From NCBI GenBank assembly GCA_049322675.1, contig JBMORM010000009.1, positions 222,132-286,131 on the forward strand: a stretch of 64,000 nucleotides of DNA, written 5' to 3'. Position 1 is the first letter of the stretch; each line of letters opens with the position of its first letter. The notes under the pieces were generated by a model. It ran no database searches and was not told where the DNA came from. It saw nothing but the letters and a program-made list of their open reading frames with translations. The position numbers and the translations under genes are program-made. The DNA is from Patescibacteria group bacterium (lineage in GTDB: Bacteria > Patescibacteriota > JAHJAL01). Positions 1-10,700 of the stretch are shown here, piece by piece.

Positions 1-1
1 G

Positions 2-3000
2 TATTTGAATGGAAACGGCAGTTATCTGCTTGCCAATGACGAAAAAAGTTTGCATCCGACGAGCGCTTTCACCTGGGAAGGTTGGGTTTGGAAAGATCCG
101 GCGGTCAGCAACAGACAAGCCGAAGAACCGATTTTGGCCAGCAAATACGATGGTGGAAACAATGGTGAATTTGTCGTTTATTACAACAAAAATAATAAAT
201 TGCAGTTGAGAGTGGCGGATGGCAGCAGCAATGCATTGTCCAACGAATCGAGCCTAGTCAGTCCGCTCAATTGGCATCATGTGGTGGTAACTTTTGATAG
301 CGGAGTGGTCAAATTTTATATCGACGGAGCATTGGACATGACTCAAACTTTGTCTGTAACCAATTTGACGAAACCGCCATACAATAATAATCCGACAACA
401 ATGTCAGATTTGTATTTGGGCAACGATTGGCAATTAACAAAGGGCGCTTTTGTCGGTTACTTTGATGAAGTGGCTTATTACACCAGGGCTTTGACTTTTG
501 AAGAAATACAAAATCATTTTTCGATTACTGAAACTGGAGAAAATGGGGTGACAGTCAACAATCAGGACACTCTCGCCTACCCGACCGCGGGTTTGATAAC
601 AACCAGTAATAACGCGCAAGAATTGATGAATTTAAATTTTGACGAAACTTTGGCGGATAGCCACGGAGCGACACCAACAACAATGATTGAAACTAGCTGG
701 CAGAGACCGACTTTGAATCAAATATCATATGGCGGGAATACGAATAATAATATTGTTTTGGATTTGGGTGTTTCCGGTAATTGGGATGATGCCGGTTTGC
801 ACACTCCGGAAATAATAAGAGAGGGCAATACTTATAAAATGTGGTATGCCGGAACCGATGGAACCAACTATCGGATTGGATTAGCCACAAGTTTTGACGG
901 AATAACTTGGACAAAATTTAACGGGAATAATTGTACGGGGACAACCGGCAATGGCTGCGTATTTGATATTTCCAGCAGTGGTTTTGATAGCCAATATTTG
1001 ATGTCTCCAAGTATTATCAAAGATGGGAATGGTTATCACATGTGGTATTCGGGATACAACGGCGGTTGGGGAATTGGATATGCCACAAGTGCAGATGGTG
1101 TTAATTGGATGAGACAAAATAGCGGCAATACTGTATTAAGTCTGGGCGGGGCGGGAAGCTGGGATAATTTAGTCGTTGCTCATCCAAGTGTAATGAAAGA
1201 AGGCACTTTGTATAAAATGTGGTATGAAGGTAGCGGTTCTAATTACCTGATTGGATTAGCGACCAGTACGGACGGAGTGAATTGGACGAAGTATGATAAT
1301 GCAAATGATGCGGCTTGTGGATACAGCGAAGCAAATGATGACGGATGTCTTGTTGGTTTGGGAGCAAGTGGAGAATTTGATTCTACTCATCTACAAACGG
1401 TAAATATACAAAAATATCAGAAAAAATACTATTTATTTTACAGTGGAGACTCGGCAGGCAGTTTTACTCATAAATTGGGTCTGATGACTAGCGACAACGG
1501 TATTGATTGGACCAGAGAAAATGATGGTGATCAAATAATGGATTGGGGAACAAGTGGTGCTTGGGACGACTTCTCTCTTCGATCTCCAGCAGCAATAATA
1601 CAAAATAATCAGATGATGATTTTTTATGCCGGCAATGATTCTACTGATCAACGCATCGGGCTGGCGACGATGGATTTTGATCCGGGGCGGTTTGGGAAAT
1701 CGCTTTATATCGGCAACAATGATCAATATATTTATTCTTTGAATGATAAAATTAACCGCCGAGCGGGAACGATCAGTTTCTGGGCCAAGTTGGACAATGT
1801 TGCTGATGGTTTGCATGAAGTGTTCAATATTTTTGACAAAGACAATGGTCAAGACGGACTCTATCTGGCCATGCAAAATAATCAAATCGCTGTCGGATTG
1901 AATGGAGAACAAAACATTTTGACAGGCAAGGCGGATTTGACCAACAATTATTGGAACCAGGTGACATTGAGTTGGGAAAAACCAAGCGCCAACAATAAAA
2001 ATTTAAGATTATATGTCAATGGACAACTGATTGACAGTGTTGCTTTTGCTAGTCCGATTTCTAGTGGTTATGACAGTATCCAGTTGGGTGGCAATCCGGC
2101 TGAAAGCCGAGATTATCTCAAAGGCAATTTGGATGATTTTAGAATATATAGTCAGGCCGTCGGGGATGATGCAGCCAAAGAATTATATGAAGGGTCTTGG
2201 GGAAATTCCAGTAAAAGAAACCAAGACTTTGATAGCAATAGCGCAACCGTGAATCCGATCAGTGAAGGCACGATTGAATTTATTTATACTTCCGATTGGA
2301 GCTCGGCCGGAGATAACAACGTGAGAGTTTTGGCTGATAGCCTAGGCGGAGATGGTGCAAAATATGGTTCACAATATCAAAATAGTCAGACCGCTTTCAA
2401 CCGGTTGAGGATTTGGAAAGATGAGGGAACGGAGGCAAACACTAGTGATAGATTACATTTTGGAATACTGGACAATGACGGTGATTTGTACGAAATATAT
2501 ACCAATGAGACGATTGATTTTGCTCAAGGGACAAGTTACAAGATTGCCGCTATGTGGGACTTGGACAACAATGATCTGACTACGGGCGGAAGTAATATTA
2601 TGCGCCTGATAGTGGATAATGCAGTAGTGGCCGGTGACAATTTTACGACCGGAACCACCGCCAACAAGAAAAAAAATGGAAGCGACACAAGTAACACAGA
2701 ACCAATAATAGTGACCGCTGCACCAGAGAGATTTTATATCGGTAGCGGCAAACCAAACAAACAGACCAACCGATTGGCCAATCCAAGTTTTGAAGAAAAA
2801 ACCGGCAGTGATCCGAGCAATTGGAATAAAACCGGCACGATTAATTTTGATCAAACCGGCAGTAATAGTAAATTTGCCGCTTCGGCTGTATCGATCACCG
2901 GACCGGATACGACAAATAAATTGTCACAAACGATTTCGGGCGCAATACCGGGAACATATACTTTGTCCTGGTGGAGTAAGGGCACTACGGCAACCGCTAC

Positions 3001-4633
3001 TCAAAAAGTATATATTTCTTATCCGAGTAGCAATCAAACGGTCAACAATGATCCGGGAACAAATTATGTTTATAATCAAACGACTTTTACCACGACAGCA
3101 ACCGGCAATGTAACGGTAGAATTGTCGGCTGATGCGGGCGAGACTGTTTGGTTTGATGGTTTGACACTGGTGAGAAGTAGATTGGACGAAAACTACCAAA
3201 ACACTTCGAGCATATATAGCGATTTTAAAACGACCAATTTCTTGATGAGTCAGGAAGAATTGAACGCGGAAACTTTGGCACAAACATATAATACAACCAA
3301 TAAAAACGCTTCTCTAGCGGGTGAGACAAACAATGTTGAAGCGATCGCAGTAAAGAAGGTAAACACCAATGCGACGGCTGCCGACGACATTCTGTTTGTG
3401 GGAACCAAAGGATATTATTCCGAAGGAGCGGTAACACAAATCACTTTTGGCACAACCGATCAGAGAACCAATGAATACAGGCAGACAAGCGCGGGAACCG
3501 GTCTTACTTCCAATCGCATCAATTCGTTGTCATATAGTCAGGTCAGAAACAACTTGGCAGTAGCGACCGATGATGCCGGCATTTTCGGATTTTTGGAAGA
3601 AACTCCGGCCGTGATAACGATCACATCTCCGATTGGCGGCGAAGAATGGGAGGGAGGCAGCAGTCACAATATTACCTGGATTACCGACGGTGTTTGCGAT
3701 CATGTGGATATTGATTTGTCCACTGATTCGGGAACGACATTTAACCAAAGTATTGTCACATCGTTGGCCGATGCTGGCAGTTATACTTGGGATCCGATTG
3801 CCAGCGTCAACTCCGATCAGGCCAGAGTCAGAGTGGAGTGCGAAGACATTATGGGAAATATCTTGGCCAGTGATATTTCCGCCAATGATTATGTGATCGA
3901 TAGTACCAAGCCGACGGTGACTTTGAATGCAATCAGCAATCCAAATGGCGACAATGTGATATATGGACGAGGTACGGCTAGTGATACCGGTGGCGCTACC
4001 AGCGTCAGCCAGATTCAATACAAAATTGATAGCAATGATTGGAATACCGCCTTGATAACCGCAAATCCCGGCACAACCAATGTCGAATATGACTTTAGCA
4101 CTACGGCTTTGGGCGGGGGCGAGCATACGATATATGTCCGCGCCAAAGACTCGAGTTTGCCGGGTGGAAATGAAACTGATCAAACGATGTCGGCCAGCCG
4201 CAGTTTTAACGTCGATGAATTGAGTGTCAATTTTTCCAAAACATCTTTTGATGCCAATCTGGATGTCGGTGACACTGGTATTTTCAATGATTCTTTGACA
4301 ATCACAGTTTCCGGTTTTGGCACAGCCTACAATATTGGTATCAAAGCCAATGATGTACCTACCCACAATATTTACGATTCAGAAATTATTCCATTTTATA
4401 CCGGCAACGACAACTGGAGCAGTAACACCAAGGGATTTGGTTGGAGATATCAGGGTTACAACAATGGTTATTACAATGCTTTCCCACTAACAGATTATCA
4501 GGTTTTTTATACAGGCAAAGCTAATACTAACGGTGTACCGACCCAAGTTGATTTTAAAGCGGTGGCGGATTGGACGGTGGACGCAGGAACGTATAATAGC
4601 AGCGTGAGCGTGATTGTGACACCTAGGTATTGA
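2..4633 (+). CDS. Giant secreted/surface protein (5' truncated): LamG domains, 5-bladed GH32/43/130-like beta-propeller, CBM4/9-like domain, Ig-like domains, C-terminal WxL-like module
   Basis: The frame is open to the window edge (TAT at 2-4 precedes TTG at 5). LamG motifs (WHHVVVTF...FYIDG...DEVAYY); five (I/L)G(L/Y)xT blades with MWY-x-G; NRLANPSFEE CBM-like start; ITSPIGGEEW Ig-like motif; ends AGTYNSSVSVIVTPRY. Confidence 0.85.
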   Translation, partial: YLNGNGSYLLANDEKSLHPTSAFTWEGWVWKDPAVSNRQAEEPILASKYDGGNNGEFVVYYNKNNKLQLRVADGSSNALSNESSLVSPLNWHHVVVTFDSGVVKFYIDGALDMTQTLSVTNLTKPPYNNNPTTMSDLYLGNDWQLTKGAFVGYFDEVAYYTRALTFEEIQNHFSITETGENGVTVNNQDTLAYPTAGLITTSNNAQELMNLNFDETLADSHGATPTTMIETSWQRPTLNQISYGGNTNNNIVLDLGVSGNWDDAGLHTPEIIREGNTYKMWYAGTDGTNYRIGLATSFDGITWTKFNGNNCTGTTGNGCVFDISSSGFDSQYLMSPSIIKDGNGYHMWYSGYNGGWGIGYATSADGVNWMRQNSGNTVLSLGGAGSWDNLVVAHPSVMKEGTLYKMWYEGSGSNYLIGLATSTDGVNWTKYDNANDAACGYSEANDDGCLVGLGASGEFDSTHLQTVNIQKYQKKYYLFYSGDSAGSFTHKLGLMTSDNGIDWTRENDGDQIMDWGTSGAWDDFSLRSPAAIIQNNQMMIFYAGNDSTDQRIGLATMDFDPGRFGKSLYIGNNDQYIYSLNDKINRRAGTISFWAKLDNVADGLHEVFNIFDKDNGQDGLYLAMQNNQIAVGLNGEQNILTGKADLTNNYWNQVTLSWEKPSANNKNLRLYVNGQLIDSVAFASPISSGYDSIQLGGNPAESRDYLKGNLDDFRIYSQAVGDDAAKELYEGSWGNSSKRNQDFDSNSATVNPISEGTIEFIYTSDWSSAGDNNVRVLADSLGGDGAKYGSQYQNSQTAFNRLRIWKDEGTEANTSDRLHFGILDNDGDLYEIYTNETIDFAQGTSYKIAAMWDLDNNDLTTGGSNIMRLIVDNAVVAGDNFTTGTTANKKKNGSDTSNTEPIIVTAAPERFYIGSGKPNKQTNRLANPSFEEKTGSDPSNWNKTGTINFDQTGSNSKFAASAVSITGPDTTNKLSQTISGAIPGTYTLSWWSKGTTATATQKVYISYPSSNQTVNNDPGTNYVYNQTTFTTTATGNVTVELSADAGETVWFDGLTLVRSRLDENYQNTSSIYSDFKTTNFLMSQEELNAETLAQTYNTTNKNASLAGETNNVEAIAVKKVNTNATAADDILFVGTKGYYSEGAVTQITFGTTDQRTNEYRQTSAGTGLTSNRINSLSYSQVRNNLAVATDDAGIFGFLEETPAVITITSPIGGEEWEGGSSHNITWITDGVCDHVDIDLSTDSGTTFNQSIVTSLADAGSYTWDPIASVNSDQARVRVECEDIMGNILASDISANDYVIDSTKPTVTLNAISNPNGDNVIYGRGTASDTGGATSVSQIQYKIDSNDWNTALITANPGTTNVEYDFSTTALGGGEHTIYVRAKDSSLPGGNETDQTMSASRSFNVDELSVNFSKTSFDANLDVGDTGIFNDSLTITVSGFGTAYNIGIKANDVPTHNIYDSEIIPFYTGNDNWSSNTKGFGWRYQGYNNGYYNAFPLTDYQVFYTGKANTNGVPTQVDFKAVADWTVDAGTYNSSVSVIVTPRY

Positions 4634-4637
4634 ACAC

Positions 4638-4747
4638 AAATTTCCAATTTCCAATTCTCAATTTCCAAACAATATTTGGTTAAGACATTAAAAAGAAATA
4701 ATGAAATATAGAAATAATTTAAATTGGAAAATGGAAATTGGAAATTT
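4638..4747. repeat. Intergenic inverted repeat built from AATTTCC/GGAAATT heptamers
   Basis: Left arm AATTTCC AATTTCC AATTCTC AATTTCC (4639-4666); right arm GGAAAAT GGAAATT GGAAATT (4726-4746); perfect 16-bp inverted repeat 4638-4653 / 4732-4747. Confidence 0.9.
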
Positions 4748-4770
4748 AAATAAAAAAATATTTTAAATAA

Positions 4771-7700
4771 ATGACGAAGCAAAAACACAAATCTAAATTA
4801 TATCTTTTCAGTCTGGGCTTGTTGCCGTTGTTGATGATGGGCAATATTTCCGGGGAAAATTTATTGAAAAATATTGCCGGTACTTCCGAACCAAAAGCGA
4901 TTATAGCTCAAACCGGTTTGTTGGCTGACGGGTATTACCGATACAAAGACGATTCAATCGGAGTAGAGTTTGGCGATCGAAACAATGGCGAAACTCAGTC
5001 AGTTACCTTTTTGTCAGCACCTACGACAGAAAAAAACGATAATTATTCGCGACCAAAAAGTATTTCCTGGAAGATAATTGATCCTGATGATAAAAATGCG
5101 GGATGGTTGGAAAAATTGACTACCAAAATTGCCAATAATTTGGGTGGTAGATTTGCTAGCACAAATTGGAAAATTGATGGAGACCAAGCTGTTTTGTACG
5201 AAGTGCTGCCGGATGTTGATTTGCGTTATAAAATATTGCCCGGATTGGGGTTGAAGGAAGAGTTGATTGTAAAAGGGACAAAAGAGCAGGTGGAAGAGAA
5301 ATACTCTTTCGATTTGGTAACCGAACAAGGCTTGAAATTGCAAAAAGCTAGTGAAGACAATCAATACAATTTGGAAGTAGATTCATATTATTTCACGGAC
5401 ACTAGGGACAATTATGTGGCTCACTTTTTGCCACTTACCATTTATGACTCCAATGGACAAAGTAGCAATGAGGCTTCTTTGGATATAACAAATAATGGGG
5501 GTAATGATTACAAAATTACAATAACCCTCGATCATGACTGGTTGTATAACGTCGATCGACAATATCCGATTTTTATCGATCCGACGATCGTCCATGACGA
5601 TTTGACTGATTTTAATACCGGTAACGCTATGAATCGAGTAGAAGCCGTCGCCGGACCAAAAGTGCAGTTGTCCAATCAAGAATTGGCGGCCGGTGCTTCA
5701 ACTATTGGTTTGTGGCATATGAATGAAACTTCCGGTTCCACGGTTACTGATTTTTCCGGTAATAGTAACAATGGCACGGCCACAGGGACCACTATCATTG
5801 ACGGCAAATTGAACAAGGCAAGAAGTTTCAATGGTACTAGTGATTTGATAAATTTAGGTAAAAATCCATCAGTCAAAGGTTCTTCACAAGTCACAATTGA
5901 AGGCTGGATTTACCCGACCAGTTTAACAAATTATTTTCCAATTTATTTCGAATCAAATAATACCAGTGGTTATACCAGGTTGATGCTTCGAGTAGGTACC
6001 GATGGTTCGTTGAATATGGGTGGACGTGATACTGACGGCACCCCTGCTTATGTGACTTTCGCCACTAGCGCAACCGGTCTGATTACAACAAACAAATGGT
6101 ATCATGTGACTGGTGTTTACAATGCAGATACAGATATTCATAAAGTTTATATAAATGGTACCGATGTTACTAGTTCGGGAAATGTGACGGCGGCCACTTT
6201 TCCAAATACTGTTCCGACAGACAATATTTTTCTTGGATTTGTTACCGGAGGAACTTATGCCAGTGGTACTTTGGACGAAATTAGATTAATTAAACGAGCA
6301 TTATCTACAGAAGAAATTAAAGCTGATGCCGGTCTGAGACCTTATGGTGTTTATACTTCCGATGTGCTTGATCTGGAATCGGTCAATCCTACATTTAATA
6401 ATATCAATTGGACGGAAAACGGCGTGCGAACCGGCGATGGTGAAACTGATTTATCAACAACTAGTTTGGTTGCACAGTGGAATTTCAATGAAACTAGTGG
6501 CACGACTGCTTCAGTTAGCGCTGGTAGTTGTGGCAGTAATTGCAATGGCACTTTGACTAATATGACGACTACCGGACAAGATGCCAGCGCCACTTCCGGT
6601 TGGACCGCAAATAATAAAAGATGGGGAGCAGGTGCCTTGATGTTTGACGGTACGGATGATTATGTAGTAGGGATTGGAAATTCAGGCATGTCTGGTAACC
6701 CCACTTTTACTTTGGAGGCATGGTTTAAGCCAAATATATTAAACGATGCTACAATAGTTGGATTCGGAGATGGTAACACTTCTTTAGGTGCTGGTTCAAT
6801 GTTTTTGGGGGCAAATGGTTCACTATCATTAGCAACAGCTGGATCGAATAATGCAACTACTAGCACTGGAATAATAAAATCCGGACAATGGTATCACGTA
6901 GTAATAGTAAAAATTCCAGGTGCTATTAATTCAACCACAAAAATATATATTAATGGAATTGAATATCCGGTTACTGGATCAACTAGTACGCCAAACATTA
7001 CTAATCTGCCGGTTGTCTTCGGTAAATTTCCAAACTACAGCGGCTATTATTTTAATGGCACTATTGACTCCAGTCGGATTTATTCTCGCGCTCTCTCAGT
7101 CGATGAAATTTTGTCCAATTATCAAGCCGGCAATGTCCAATTTCAAACACGCACGGGAACGGACAATACACCGGATGATGGATCATGGGAAGACTGGCGA
7201 GCAGCGGGTAGTGGCGTAGAAACACAAATATTAAATATTGATACCGATAGTAGCAATTGGAACACAGACGAGATTGACGTTACTAATATTGTCAAAACTA
7301 ATGACACTGTCGTCAAACAAGAAGGCTCTGGTTCGCTAAAAATATCTACCGGCGCTGCCCAAGCTGACGCCAATACGGTTGGCTTGTGGCACTTGGACGA
7401 AACCGGTGGATCAGGTGCATATATCAAAGATGGCAGTGGCAATAGCAATCATGGCACACCGACCGGTACTAGTGTTACAAGTGGAATTAGTGGCAAAGCG
7501 AGAAGTTTTAATGGTAGCAATGACTATATTTCCATCCCCAACCCTTCCAGCGGTTTAACTTCTGGCGGAACAAAAACCATTAGTGCTTGGATCAAGACCA
7601 GTTCAACCCGAGGAGTAATTTTTAATTCATATGATGGGACCAATGGCTATCAAATATATGTTGATACATCTGGTAATCTCACTCTATATAGCAATGGCGG

Positions 7701-10700
7701 TGGGGTTCTTGTTACCTCTAGCAAAGTAAATGATAATTTATGGCATCATGTGGCCGCTGTGTGGGACGGGACAAACGCCTATATTTATCTTGATGGTGTT
7801 CAGAAAATTTCTGGAGCCAGAACTATCACTACAAATGTTACTTCGCAAGTTCAAATTGGAGTTCAATGTAATGGAAGCTGTCCAACTAGCGCAGATTACT
7901 ATTTTAATGGTTATATTGATGAAGTAAAAATTTCCAATGTCGCCCGAACCGCCGATGAAATTGCCGAAACCTACCGCATGGGTCGCGATCACCGTTTGGA
8001 TCGCACGATTTCTTCTACTGATTTGTCAGAAAAATCGTCATTACCCTTCTATATCGCCGCTGACAAACCGGGAACCTATTTGGAAACTACTATCGGCGAG
8101 TCCGCTTTTGCCAATAATGTATCAGATAGCAATACGGTTGGTTTGTGGCATTTAGAAGAACAGTCTGGCAGCGGAGCATATATAAAAGATAGTTCATCTT
8201 ATGCCAACCATGGCACTCCAACCGGGACTACTGTATCTGATGGTAAAATTGGTAAAGCTAGAAGTTTTAATGGCAGTAGTGATTATATAAATTTGGGCAA
8301 CAATTCATCTTTATCGTCTGACACTCAAACAATTTCTTTTTGGTTGGCAAACAAAGGCACAAATAAAACGGCATATATTATTGACAGAAGTCCCAATTCT
8401 GACTCATGGGGTACGTTTGGAATTGTATATTATTCCAGTCAACTATATGTTACCGCCGATGGAGAACATCAGGTCGTAATACCGTATAGTTCTCTCAGTA
8501 ATGGAGATTTTCTGACATTTACTTTTAATTACCCAACTGTCAATTTTTATTTAAATGGTAAATTATACAATACCTTAACTTTTTCTAACCATTTTAATGC
8601 AGGCAGTAGCTATGCGACATCAATTGGTAGAGCCGGAGAATATAATAATTATTTTTTTGACGGCGCTATTGATGAAGTCCGCATTGATAATGTTGTTCGA
8701 ACCGCCGACGAAATCCGCCAAGCGTATGAAATCGGTAGTCGTACTCATGCGGTTACAATTGACTTTGCCGCCGGATTGGATAGTGGTGATTTGATTTCTG
8801 GTTCTTCCGACACTTCATTTACTATCGACGCTACCACCAAGGGTTTAAGTCAAAAAGGCGCCAATCTTTATGTTGGCGATAAAATCATCGTTCGTGAAAA
8901 TTATGATGGCACCGAATATGTTGCTCAAGGTTTAGTAAATTCGGTGGATATATCTACCGGCGCTGTGACGGTTAGTACGTGGGATAGCGGATCAACTTTT
9001 CCAAGTAGCGGTTTTACCGTCAAGGCGGATGTTTTTAAATGGCAACGAGAATATTTTGATATCACTTCTTCGATGTCGTCTCAACGTAATGCCGTTACTC
9101 ATATTACCACTCGTTTTACCAACGGCTCGGAAGGACGAACTATATGGTTGGACGATTTTAAATCCGTATCCAACTATTTAACCAATCCTATTGGCAGCAC
9201 TATTACTTCTAGTCCCCATCGCTATTTTCAGTATCGTTTGATTCCGACTACTACCAATATTCAAACCACTCCGTCAGTTGCGGCGATAACTTTGGATTAC
9301 GAAAAATCCAACATGACTATTTCCGGTGGTTCAACCACTCAAACTTCGTTGAACAATAATAACAAGCAATCATTCAATATTACAGTTGGAGGGGTGACTT
9401 GTGATGAAGTAGATACGACTGTAACTGCCCAGGTTTCTTGGAACCAAATCGATTGGTATGAAGTCGATCAGACAATTTCGCCGGTAAACAATCTGAATAT
9501 CACAAAAGATATGAATTTGACTACCATGAACGGTTATCCCACGGCTGAGGGAAATGTCACGATTTATGTTCGCGCCGAAACAGAAACAACAACAAGCAAC
9601 ATCGAATCTTTGATAATATTAAAAGATACTATCAATCCGATAGTGGCAACTATTACTAGCGTCGCGAGCGATGTAAATTTACCATTCAATGACACTACCA
9701 ACGACGGGAGTACTTTGGTTGTTTATACTGCTGCAAGTGATGCCAACACCTGCAAATGGGATGAAAGCGACTTGACTTATGGCGCAATGTCACATTATTG
9801 CGAGTCGACCACTAACTGTACTTTAAATTTGACCGGATATGGCGATAAAGATGTATATATGCGATGTAAAGACAATGCGGGTAACGAAAACAACGATCTA
9901 CTCTCCCCTGCTCCGACTTTTTCTTACACCATCGGTGGTATCAGCATGGATTCGGCTGGTACAGATGAGACGTTTTTGAATAACAATAATAAAAATAATT
10001 TTGGCCTCAAAGGCAATAACATAATTTATGAAGCTACCGGAGAAAATGTCGTTTTGCAGGGATCTTGGAATCAGACTGATTGGTACGATGTAACGACAGT
10101 GGCCAGTCCGGTCAATGGAGAAACTGTATCAGGAGCGGCAGACGTGGCTAGTTGGAATGGCTATTCGGCTGATGGAGATGTCACTGTTTATCTGCGTGCC
10201 AAAGGTGGGACAAGCGAATATAGCGAAATTAGATCTTTTCTAACAACAAAAGACACGACGGAAGCGGGCGTAACCGGGATTGTCAGTGTGGCTGGCGATA
10301 GCGATGTGCCGTTTGTTGATCCGACTAACAATTTGAATACCCAAGTTTTATATACCGCATCGGCGGACGCCGCCAGTTGCAAATGGGACACCAATAGTGC
10401 TTTGACTTTTACGGAAATGGCCAATACTTGCGAGAATACGAGCAGTTGTACTTTGGATTTGGAAGGTCGGGGCAATCATACTGTGTATTTTAAATGCCAA
10501 GACATACATGGCAACAATCAGACCAATAATTATGCTTTGACTTACAGCATCAATTCTGCCAGCGAACAACCTTTGGGTTGGTTGCAAACTCGGACGGTCA
10601 AGATCGATCCGGCAACGCCGCTGGCCGATTATCAAGTGCGGGTGGAATTGACGCCGACTACTTTTGATTATGATAATACCAAATCGGACGGCAGCGATAT

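Noticed and set aside
5-7. TTG at position 5 as the true start of the first ORF
   Set aside because: The frame is open to the window edge, begins mid-LamG and lacks a signal peptide; the gene starts upstream.
4507-4788. 93-aa minus-strand ORF with LEIENWKLEI-like text
   Set aside because: Translation artefact of the heptamer inverted repeat, overlapping two real genes.
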